A stretch of 11,631 nucleotides of DNA, taken from positions 1 through 11,631 of the forward strand of contig JAGLRQ010000053.1 in NCBI GenBank assembly GCA_023136205.1. Direction: 5' to 3'. Positions 1 to 6,946 of the stretch are shown here, one piece after another. The stretch is from Candidatus Auribacterota bacterium. Lineage in GTDB: Bacteria > Auribacterota > UBA6266. The translations under genes were made by a program, and so were the position numbers. The notes under the pieces are model-generated. The model saw only the letters and a program-made list of their open reading frames with translations. It was not told where the DNA came from and searched no databases. Positions within the stretch are counted from its first letter, which is position 1, and each line of letters opens with the position of its first letter.

Positions 1-52
1 CATCTGCCTTCTAAGCAGAAAGTCGTTGGTTCGAGTCCAACCGGGCGTGCCA
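1..52 (+). tRNA. tRNA-Arg (anticodon TCT), 3' portion; the 5' part lies off the left edge
   Basis: Anticodon stem tctgc (3-7) pairs with gcaga (15-19). The 7-nt loop cttctaa (8-14) has U33 and A37 in place, giving anticodon TCT (10-12). Variable loop aagtc (20-24). T-arm gttgg/ttcgagt/ccaac (25-41). Acceptor 3' strand cgggcgt, discriminator g, genome-encoded CCA (50-52), then a T6 run. Confidence 0.8.
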
Positions 53-102
53 TTTTTTCTTAGAGCTGTTTTTCCTGCCGGCCTTATTTTAAAAATATTA
101 CT

Positions 103-130
103 TTGACATACGTGAAAAGAGTTTTAAAAT
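103..130 (+). promoter_or_regulatory. Candidate sigma70-type promoter for the glmM-like/glmU-like gene pair
   Basis: TTGACA (103-108), a 16-nt spacer, then TAAAAT (125-130). It lies about 75 nt upstream of the ATG at 207. Sequence match only. Confidence 0.4.
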
Positions 131-206
131 GGAGTTTTCTCCGCATTAGCAGGGGTTATGGCGGAATGAAGGCTGAGGGAAAGAGTTAACGGAAGGGAAA
201 ACAATC

Positions 207-1562
207 ATGAGCAAGCTGATTGTAAGTGTTTCAGGGGTAAGAGGAATAATCGGGGATTCATTAACGCCCGAGGTTGCTTTTCATTTTGGCGCTGCGTTTG
301 GGAGCCTGAACAAGGGAGGTAAAATTGTTCTGGGCAGGGATTCAAGGGTAAGCGGCCCCATGTTAAGTTCAGCTGTTGTTGCGGGGCTTGTTTCTACCGG
401 CTGTAAGGTAGTGGATATAGGCATAACATCAACACCGACGGTTCAAATAATGACCAAAGAGTTAAATGCTGACGGAGGGATTGAAATAACCGCCAGCCAT
501 AATCCGGTTATGTGGAACGGACTCAAATTTATGTCGGCTGATGGGCTTTTTGTAAGCGAAAGAACTGCAGAAAAGATTAAACAGGCTGCCTTGAATAAAG
601 AGTATTCTTTTATGTCCTGGGATAAGCTTGGAAGTATCAGCCGAGATTCATCGGCCGTTAAAACCCATATTCAGAAAGTTCTTTCGCTCCCTTACCTTGA
701 TGTGGATGCTGTGAGAAAAAGGAGGTTTAAAGTAGTTGTTGATACAGTAAATGGAGCCGGGGGCGGCATAATTCCTGAACTTCTTAAGCGGCTCGGGTGT
801 GAAGTAACGGTTTTAAACGAGGAGATGAACGGGCATTTTGCGCATGAGCCTGAGCCTCTTCCTAAAAACCTAAAACAGCTTTCCGATGAAATTGTGAAAA
901 GAGGGGTGGATATAGGTTTTGCAGTAGACCCTGACGTTGACAGATGTGCCATTGTAGATGAAAAAGGGACTCCGATTGGGGAAGAATATACCCTTGTAAT
1001 AGCAGCAAAGCTGGTTCTTTCAAAGAAAAAAGGAAAGGTAACCGTAAATGTTTCAACATCCATGGCAATTGATGATGTTGCCCGGGAGTATGGCTGTCCT
1101 GTGGAAAGAACAAGGGTGGGAGAAATTAATGTGGCACTAAAGATGAAAGATAACAAATCAGTTGTGGGCGGAGAAGGTAATGGCGGGGTGATGATTCCGG
1201 ATATTCATATAGGAAGGGATGCTCCGGTAGCCTGTGCTCTTGCCCTGCAGTATTTACTTGAATCAGGGAAAACACTTTCTGAGATAAAAGAAACTCTTCC
1301 AAAGTATGTGATATTTAAAGGGAAGGTAGATCTTGAAGATAAAGAACCAAAACTTATTCTCGAAGGGTTAAAAAAGCTTATGGCAAAGGAAAAGGTTGAT
1401 GAAACAGACGGCCTTAAAATTATAAGGGATAAATCATGGGTTCATATCAGGGGGTCTAATACTGAGCCTATAGTAAGAATTTATGCAGAGGCGGAAAATC
1501 TTAAAAAAGCCAAAAGGCTGCATGATGAATTTAGAGAAAAAGTTTTGAGGGTTACCAGATAA
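207..1562 (+). CDS. glmM: alpha-D-phosphohexomutase, phosphoglucosamine mutase type (GlmM/PMM-PGM family)
   Basis: 451-aa ORF carrying all four family signatures in order: phosphoserine loop TASHNP, metal loop FAVDPDVDR, sugar loop GGEGNGG, phosphate loop RGSNTEP. The N-terminus SVSGVRG resembles the archaeal/PMM-like subgroup rather than E. coli GlmM (GTDGIRG). The GlmM assignment rests on context: a GlmU-like gene lies 50 nt downstream and glmS is adjacent. SD ggaaggg precedes the ATG. Confidence 0.7.
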   Translation: MSKLIVSVSGVRGIIGDSLTPEVAFHFGAAFGSLNKGGKIVLGRDSRVSGPMLSSAVVAGLVSTGCKVVDIGITSTPTVQIMTKELNADGGIEITASHNPVMWNGLKFMSADGLFVSERTAEKIKQAALNKEYSFMSWDKLGSISRDSSAVKTHIQKVLSLPYLDVDAVRKRRFKVVVDTVNGAGGGIIPELLKRLGCEVTVLNEEMNGHFAHEPEPLPKNLKQLSDEIVKRGVDIGFAVDPDVDRCAIVDEKGTPIGEEYTLVIAAKLVLSKKKGKVTVNVSTSMAIDDVAREYGCPVERTRVGEINVALKMKDNKSVVGGEGNGGVMIPDIHIGRDAPVACALALQYLLESGKTLSEIKETLPKYVIFKGKVDLEDKEPKLILEGLKKLMAKEKVDETDGLKIIRDKSWVHIRGSNTEPIVRIYAEAENLKKAKRLHDEFREKVLRVTR

Positions 1563-1612
1563 AAAATAGGGTTAAAATAGTTATGTGTTACAGGCCTAAT
1601 TAGGAGTTTGAT

Positions 1613-2869
1613 GTGAAAATGATATGTATCTTTGAAGATGGGGGATATGCGGATTTATTACCATTGGTTTATATGCGCCCTGTATATGAGCTTCGCTGCG
1701 GAATAGATCTTCTTAGAGATAAAATAATAAGAAAATACCCTGCCTCGAAAGTAAACCTGTTTTGCCGTGATTACCTTTCTGCAACATTAAAGGAGCGGAC
1801 AACAGACGCTATAAACGAGATAGTTAATGGAAACAAAGGCACTATTTTCATAAACGGGCGTATACTTTTAAACAGGCAAATACCGGTTGAGGGAAAGGAA
1901 GAGGTAGGTATTAAAGGCAAAACGCTTGTATATGCGAGATTGAATAAAGATCACTCGAAATTAATGACCCCTGAGATGTTTCTTGAAGGAAAGGCCCTGG
2001 CAAAGCTTAAGGGTAAAGTTCCATTTGTAAAGGTTGAAGACATTACGGTTTTTAAATACTCGTGGGAGATAATCCATGAGAACGGAAAACAGATATGTAA
2101 AGACTTTGATGACCTGGCAGAAGGCGGAAAAATAAAGGGCAAGCTCTACGATGGTGTTCATATACTTGATAAAAAGAATTTATTTATAGATGAAGGTTCT
2201 ATTGTTAAGCCTGGAGTTGTGTTGGATGCGAGTGAGGGCTCTATATATATAGGCAAAGGGGTAAAGGTATTTCCTAATGCGGTGATAGAAGGTCCCGCGT
2301 ATATAGGGGATAATAGCACGGTAAAAATAGGGGCAAAGATATATAGAGGAACGAGTGTGGGAGAGGTTTGCAAGGTAGGAGGAGAGGTTGAGGAGAGCAT
2401 ATTTCATTCTTATTCGAACAAACAGCATGAAGGATTTCTTGGACATGCATATATCGGCCAGTGGTGCAACATTGCAGCGGACACAAATGACAGCGATTTG
2501 AAAAATAATTACAGTACTGTCAGGGTCTATGTTAATGGTAAATATGTTGACACAGGGGAAGTGTTTGTGGGGCTGACAATGGGAGATCATTCCAAAACCG
2601 GGATTAACTCGATGTTTAATACCGGTACGGTTATTGGTTTGAATGTTAATATTTTTGGAGCTCAGCTTCCTCCAAAATTCGTTCCTTCATTCTGCTGGGG
2701 GGCTAGCGGTGTATTTGTTGTTTATCAGCCCGATAAAGCAATAAAGGTTGCCGAGAGAGTTATGGCAAGAAGAAAAATCAAATTAACAAAAGCTCAAAAA
2801 GATCTTTTTATGTTTCTTTATAAAATGACCGAAAGTGAGCGAGACTTGAACCGGATTATTCAACTGTAA
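1613..2869 (+). CDS. GlmU-like sugar-phosphate nucleotidyl/acetyl-transferase with a left-handed beta-helix ('alternative bacterial GlmU'-type)
   Basis: 418-aa ORF. The C-terminal half is rich in hexapeptide [LIV]-G-x4 repeats (IYIGKGVKVFPNAVIEGPAYIGDNSTVKIGAKIYRGTSVGEVCKVGGEV...). The N-terminal ~190 aa resemble a nucleotidyltransferase fold but lack the canonical GxGTR(M/L) loop (IFEDGGYADLLPL instead). GTG start at 1613 lies 6 nt after AGGAG (1602-1606); ATG at 1619 is an alternative. The gene sits between the mutase and glmS. Confidence 0.6.
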   Translation: MKMICIFEDGGYADLLPLVYMRPVYELRCGIDLLRDKIIRKYPASKVNLFCRDYLSATLKERTTDAINEIVNGNKGTIFINGRILLNRQIPVEGKEEVGIKGKTLVYARLNKDHSKLMTPEMFLEGKALAKLKGKVPFVKVEDITVFKYSWEIIHENGKQICKDFDDLAEGGKIKGKLYDGVHILDKKNLFIDEGSIVKPGVVLDASEGSIYIGKGVKVFPNAVIEGPAYIGDNSTVKIGAKIYRGTSVGEVCKVGGEVEESIFHSYSNKQHEGFLGHAYIGQWCNIAADTNDSDLKNNYSTVRVYVNGKYVDTGEVFVGLTMGDHSKTGINSMFNTGTVIGLNVNIFGAQLPPKFVPSFCWGASGVFVVYQPDKAIKVAERVMARRKIKLTKAQKDLFMFLYKMTESERDLNRIIQL

Positions 2870-4682
2870 CACTTTTTGCCAGGTTCCTCGGCTGATCGAT
2901 ATTACATCCTCTCTTTACCGCTATGAAATAAGCGAGCAGCTGAAGAGGTATTACCGTTAAAAAAGGGTTTAAAACATCAATTGTTTTCGGTATATATATT
3001 GTATGATCGGCTAATTTTTTAATCTTTTTATCGCCTTTATTTGCTACGGCGATAACTTTTCCGTTTCGTGCTTTTATTTCTTCAATATTAGAAAGTATCT
3101 TGTCATAAACATTATCGCTTGTCGCAATAACAACAATGGGCATGTCTTTATCTATAAGAGCAATAGGCCCGTGCTTCATTTCTGCCGCCGGGTATCCTTC
3201 AGCGTGGATGTAAGATATTTCTTTAAGTTTCAATGCTCCTTCTAAGGCTGTTGGGAAATTATATCCCCTTCCCAGATAGAGAAAATTGTTTTTGTTAGAG
3301 TAGAGGTTTGCAATTTTTTTAAAGCTATTTTCTTCTTTTAAAATAGCTTTAATTTTGGATGGTATGGTTTTTAACTCTTTTAAAATAGATTTAGCCCTCT
3401 TTTTTGAGGTATTGCGCATACGGCCGAGGTGAAGCGCAAGTAAAAGCAAAACCGTTACCTGGGAAGTGAATGCCTTGGTTGACGCTACGCCGATTTCAGG
3501 CCCCGCATGAAGGTATATACCCCCATGTGATTCCCTGGAGATAGATGATCCAACTGCATTACAAATACCCATAATTGTTGCATTTTTTGTTTTTGCTTCA
3601 TGGATAGCGGCCAGAGTATCTGCGGTTTCTCCGGATTGGCTGATTGCAATTACAAGTGTTTGTTTATTTAATATGGGGTTGCGGTATCTAAATTCAGAGG
3701 CATATTCGACTTCAACGGGTATTCTTGCTATGTCTTCTATCATGTATTCGCCGATAAGTCCCGCGTGCCATGAGGTACCGCATGCGGTAATAACAATTTT
3801 TTCTATATCCTTCAATTTGTCTTCAAAAACAAGGAGTCCGCCGAGTTTGGATGTTGAATGTTTCTCATCGATTCTACCTCTCATGGAGTTAGTTATTGAT
3901 TCAGGCTGTTCATGTATTTCTTTGAGCATAAAATGTTCAAAGCCGCCTTTTTCAATCATATCTATATTCCATGAGACCTCTTCGATTTTTTTTGTTACCG
4001 ATTTATTATGGATTGTTTTTATATCAAAAGAATTTCTTCTCATGACGACCATTTCATCGTTTTCTAGATGAATTATTTTTTTTGTGTGCCTTAATGTCGC
4101 GGCGATGTCTGATGCCACAAACATTTCGTTTTTGCCGACGGCAACTATAAGGGGGCTTCCTTTTTTTGCGGCAACAATTTCATTGGGGTTTTTACAGCAT
4201 ATTACAGCAATGCCATAGGTTCCTTCTATGAGCTTTAACGCTGATCTGACCGCGTCTGAAAGATTACCTTTGTAATATTGTGATATAAGGTGGGCAAGCA
4301 CTTCGGTGTCTGTATCGCTCAAGAACCTAACGCCTTTTTTAAAAAGCTTTTTTCTAAGGTAATCATAATTTTCAATTATGCCGTTGTGCGCTACGGCTAT
4401 TTCCCGGGATTGGTCAAAGTGAGGGTGTGTGTTTTTGAGGAGCGGGGCTCCGTGTGTTGCCCACCTGGTATGTGCAATTCCAATATGCCCGGGTAAACTC
4501 TTTTTTTTGAGTTTTTTTTCGAGCTTTGATATATTTCCTACAGATTTAGTACATGATATGTGATTGTCATTAATGGTAGCTATGCCTGAAGAATCGTAAC
4601 CCCTGTACTCAAGGCGCTTTAGTCCGCTAAGTAATATTTCCTTAGCGTTTCGCTTTCCGATATATCCGATTATTCCGCACAT
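2856..4682 (-). CDS. glmS: glutamine--fructose-6-phosphate aminotransferase (isomerizing)
   Basis: 608-aa ORF starting MCGIIGY, the Ntn Cys nucleophile. It has a class-II glutaminase domain, two SIS domains (GTSWHAG..., SQSGETADT) and the characteristic C-terminus ...LAKSVTVE. Confidence 0.95.
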   Translation of the reverse strand: MCGIIGYIGKRNAKEILLSGLKRLEYRGYDSSGIATINDNHISCTKSVGNISKLEKKLKKKSLPGHIGIAHTRWATHGAPLLKNTHPHFDQSREIAVAHNGIIENYDYLRKKLFKKGVRFLSDTDTEVLAHLISQYYKGNLSDAVRSALKLIEGTYGIAVICCKNPNEIVAAKKGSPLIVAVGKNEMFVASDIAATLRHTKKIIHLENDEMVVMRRNSFDIKTIHNKSVTKKIEEVSWNIDMIEKGGFEHFMLKEIHEQPESITNSMRGRIDEKHSTSKLGGLLVFEDKLKDIEKIVITACGTSWHAGLIGEYMIEDIARIPVEVEYASEFRYRNPILNKQTLVIAISQSGETADTLAAIHEAKTKNATIMGICNAVGSSISRESHGGIYLHAGPEIGVASTKAFTSQVTVLLLLALHLGRMRNTSKKRAKSILKELKTIPSKIKAILKEENSFKKIANLYSNKNNFLYLGRGYNFPTALEGALKLKEISYIHAEGYPAAEMKHGPIALIDKDMPIVVIATSDNVYDKILSNIEEIKARNGKVIAVANKGDKKIKKLADHTIYIPKTIDVLNPFLTVIPLQLLAYFIAVKRGCNIDQPRNLAKSVTVE

Positions 4683-4757
4683 AGTTATAAATTAGTAGAT
4701 AGGGTTAAACAAAAGAAGATTATTGCCATATAATTGAAATATTGTAAAGCATAATTT

Positions 4758-6260
4758 TTAGCATATTTTGATATTATACTCCTTAACTTTCCTATCCAGC
4801 CTGTTTCTGGAAATTCCGAGAAGTTTGGCTGCTTTACTTTTGTTGCCGGTTGTATATTGAACAGCTTTTTCTATATGGTTTTTTTCAGCAGATTTTAGCA
4901 TCCAATCAGTTGTTATCGGCGTGCGTTTCGTCCTTATTTCAGCAGGAAGATCTTCTGCTTTGAGAATTTTACCTGTTCCCAAGACCATGGCTCTCTCAAC
5001 CGTATTCTTAAGCTCTCTGATATTTCCATGCCAGTTGTATGAAAGAAGAATATCCATTGCCCTGGGTTCAATTGACGTTATTACTTTTCCCATAGATTTT
5101 GTCTGTTCTTCAATAAGGTGTGTAAGCAGGTCGGGGATATCTTCCTTATGTTCTCTTAATGGAGGCATGTAAAGTTCTATTACCTTTACCCTGTAATACA
5201 GGTCTTCCCTGAAGCGTCCTTCTTCAATTGCTTTCTCGAGGTTTTCATTGGTAGCCGCAATTATGCGGGCCTCGGATTTTATGGTTTCCGTTCCGCCTAC
5301 CCTTTCAAATTCTTTTTCCTGCAAAACCCTTAAAAGTTTTACCTGGATATGGGGTGATAGCGTTCCGATTTCATCCAGGAAAATAGTTCCTTTTGCGCAA
5401 AGCTCGAATCGTCCTATTTTTCTGGCAACAGCTCCTGTAAAAGCGCCTTTTTCATGTCCAAAGAGTTCGCTTTCAAGCAATGTTTCCGGTAGAGCTGAGC
5501 AATTGATACATATGAAGGGATGATGTTTCCTCGGGCTTTTTATGTGGATCATCCTTGCTGCGAGTTCTTTGCCGGTACCGCTTTCACCTCGAATCAGTAT
5601 GGTAGAATCAGTCCCCGCGACGGTATTTATTAGTTCATGAACGGCCTTCATTTTATTGCCGGATCCTATCATTTTTGTTGATTGGGGTATTTGGGTTTTC
5701 AGGTTTTTGACTTCTATCCCCATTTCGTTATGAAGTCGGGCATTTTCAATGGCGATAGCTGCCTGGTTTGTAAATGCGACCAGCAAAGAAAGGTCTTTAT
5801 CATCGAAATTGCCGGATTTGTTATTGATAACTTCGATTACTCCAATTATTTTCCCCCTTATTTTTATGGGGGCGCAGATAATCGAACGTGTCGGGTAATT
5901 TAGTTTCTTACTTATATCTCCGAACCATCGTTTATCTTCCTGGACATTATTGGAGATGGTGGGTTTCCCTTCATTTATTACCCATCCTGCAATCCCCTGT
6001 CCCGCCTTTATCTTAAAATTCTTTATCTCGTTTGCCTTTTTACCGGTAACTGTTTTAAATGCAAGGTAATTAGCGTTTTTTTCAATCAATATTATAGAAC
6101 TTGCTTCAGAATTTAAAACATCACTTGCCGTTTTCAGTACTCGTTCCAGGACTTCTGTGATGTCCAGAGTCGAATTGATGATCTGATTTATTTCAAAAAG
6201 TTTTAGAAGGTTTGTTTTTCCGATATCTTTAAAAAGTTCAGTAGTTTCTTTAGTTTCCAT
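4758..6260 (-). CDS. sigma54-dependent transcriptional activator (bEBP) with GAF sensor, AAA+ domain and Fis-type HTH
   Basis: The N-terminal ~170 aa are GAF-like (ILIEKNANYLAF..., GIAGWVINEGKP..., IGVIEVINN). The central AAA+ domain has Walker A GESGTGKE, the sigma54-contact loop GAFTGA, Walker B IFLDEIG and the R-finger region. The C-terminus carries the HTH GNKSKAAKLLGISRNRLDRKVKEY. There is no receiver domain. The track starts at a TTG (6266). I prefer the ATG at 6260, which lies 8 nt after an AAGGA SD on the - strand. Confidence 0.9.
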   Translation of the reverse strand: METKETTELFKDIGKTNLLKLFEINQIINSTLDITEVLERVLKTASDVLNSEASSIILIEKNANYLAFKTVTGKKANEIKNFKIKAGQGIAGWVINEGKPTISNNVQEDKRWFGDISKKLNYPTRSIICAPIKIRGKIIGVIEVINNKSGNFDDKDLSLLVAFTNQAAIAIENARLHNEMGIEVKNLKTQIPQSTKMIGSGNKMKAVHELINTVAGTDSTILIRGESGTGKELAARMIHIKSPRKHHPFICINCSALPETLLESELFGHEKGAFTGAVARKIGRFELCAKGTIFLDEIGTLSPHIQVKLLRVLQEKEFERVGGTETIKSEARIIAATNENLEKAIEEGRFREDLYYRVKVIELYMPPLREHKEDIPDLLTHLIEEQTKSMGKVITSIEPRAMDILLSYNWHGNIRELKNTVERAMVLGTGKILKAEDLPAEIRTKRTPITTDWMLKSAEKNHIEKAVQYTTGNKSKAAKLLGISRNRLDRKVKEYNIKIC

Positions 6261-6298
6261 TGTCAATTTCCTTTTTCAATATGTTTCATTATATGACA

Positions 6299-6315
6299 TG
6301 CTTCATTTTGAAGCA
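6299..6315. promoter_or_regulatory. 17-bp perfect palindrome TGCTTCA-N3-TGAAGCA; candidate bEBP operator/UAS
   Basis: tgcttca (6299-6305) and tgaagca (6309-6315) are exact reverse complements. The site lies ~40-55 nt upstream of the bEBP start and ~190 nt upstream of the -24/-12 element. Its format resembles NtrC-family sites. No binding data. Confidence 0.3.
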
Positions 6316-6368
6316 ATGTTTTATAACTATCTATTTCATAAGGGGTTATATAATATATTCTATCTGGC

Positions 6369-6386
6369 GTTGCTCCAAAATGCAAC
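6369..6386. promoter_or_regulatory. Inverted repeat GTTGC-N8-GCAAC; second candidate UAS
   Basis: gttgc (6369-6373) and gcaac (6382-6386) are reverse complements. The centre lies ~120 bp upstream of the -24 element, a typical enhancer distance for sigma54 promoters. Confidence 0.25.
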
Positions 6387-6497
6387 CATTGTTTTTATTG
6401 TTGTAATATATGAAGGGGCTTTTGTTTGATACTTAAAAAGTTCTCTATTTTTTTTATCGACGGTATAGTGTATTTTTTAAGTATATGAGGGATTAAA

Positions 6498-6513
6498 TGG
6501 CATGGCTTTTGCT
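6498..6513 (+). promoter_or_regulatory. sigma54 (-24/-12) promoter
   Basis: TGGCATGGCTTTTGCT matches the consensus TGGCAC-N5-TTGCW with a single C-to-T deviation and exact GG-N10-GC spacing. The predicted start is ~20 nt before the ATG at 6544, with SD AAGGAGG (6531-6537) in between. The sigma54 activator gene is divergent from it. Confidence 0.7.
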
Positions 6514-6543
6514 CTGTTATAAACTGGGCAAAGGAGGTGCAAG

Positions 6544-6942
6544 ATGAAAAAGCTAATTTTAATGTTGGTTGCAGTATCAATGGCAACAGGAGTTATTACA
6601 ACTGCTTCGGCAGGAGAGAAAGAATGGGCTACAGCAGGCAAAATACTTGCAGGAGTTACAGCGTATCAGTTTTTGAGCGGGAACTTACTCCCACAGCAGA
6701 GAGCATATTATGGTTACTCATATTATGCGCCAAGACGTTTAAGACATTATTATCAAACACCAAGGCATTATTCACCAAGAAGGTACCGTTCCTCAAACAC
6801 GTATTATGTTCCTTATTCACCAAGAAGGCACCGTTCTTCAAACACGTATTATGTTCCTTCATACACAACGTATACAACTACATATGCTGCTAACTATTCT
6901 GAGCCTGTTGTAATTGTAGAAGAAAACAATCGTTGGTGGTAA
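6544..6942 (+). CDS. secreted Tyr/Arg/Pro-rich tandem-repeat protein, unknown family
   Basis: Strong SD. Sec signal MKKLILMLVAVSMATGVITTASA|GE. By my count the ~109-aa mature part contains 19 Tyr and 12 Arg. It carries reiterated [AST]PRR motifs and two near-identical 15-aa units, SPRRYRSSNTYYVPY and SPRRHRSSNTYYVPS. The tail is TTYTTTYAANYSEPVVIVEENNRWW. I recognise no family. Confidence 0.7.
   Translation: MKKLILMLVAVSMATGVITTASAGEKEWATAGKILAGVTAYQFLSGNLLPQQRAYYGYSYYAPRRLRHYYQTPRHYSPRRYRSSNTYYVPYSPRRHRSSNTYYVPSYTTYTTTYAANYSEPVVIVEENNRWW
6771..6860 (+). repeat. 2 x 45-bp in-frame tandem repeat
   Basis: 6771-6815 and 6816-6860 differ at 3 of 45 positions. They encode the 15-aa units above. 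More degenerate PRR-containing units lie just upstream (about 6730-6770). Confidence 0.9.
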
Positions 6943-6946
6943 TTTT

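Noticed and set aside
1-206. The tRNA-Arg 3' end as an integration site or boundary of a genomic island.
   Set aside because: There is no integrase and no direct repeat of the tRNA 3' segment anywhere in the window that I could spot. The genes immediately downstream are core amino-sugar metabolism.
692-1156. Antisense and shadow ORFs inside well-supported genes: 692-1156, 862-1113, 1951-2142, 1961-2161, 2158-2400, 2180-2590, 2274-2486, 3673-4071, 4290-4496, 4921-5172, 5248-5523, 5682-5903, 7933-8148, 8355-8582, 8368-8565, 9716-9901, 10219-10476, 10753-10938 and 10943-11152.
   Set aside because: Each lies wholly within a longer ORF on the opposite strand or another frame that has strong family signatures. 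They have no SD, low-complexity or odd composition, and no recognisable motifs.
4683-4757. Possible glmS ribozyme or riboswitch leader upstream of glmS.
   Set aside because: Only 75 nt of AT-rich sequence is available, with no GC-rich pseudoknotted core. That is too short and too unstructured for the ~170-nt glmS ribozyme.
6395-6586. 63-aa - strand ORF spanning the sigma54 promoter region.
   Set aside because: It has no SD, overlaps the promoter, SD and start of the + strand gene, and has no motifs. It is most likely a chance ORF in AT-rich intergenic DNA.
6537-6893. 118-aa + strand ORF overlapping the Tyr-rich gene in another frame. It also shows a repeat (FTKKVPFLKHVLCS / FTKKAPFFKHVLCS).
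   Set aside because: Its repeat is just the same 45-bp DNA duplication read out of frame. Its ATG (6537) sits inside the SD AAGGAGG that serves the 6544 frame, and it has no signal peptide. The 6544 frame has an SD at proper spacing and a clean Sec signal.
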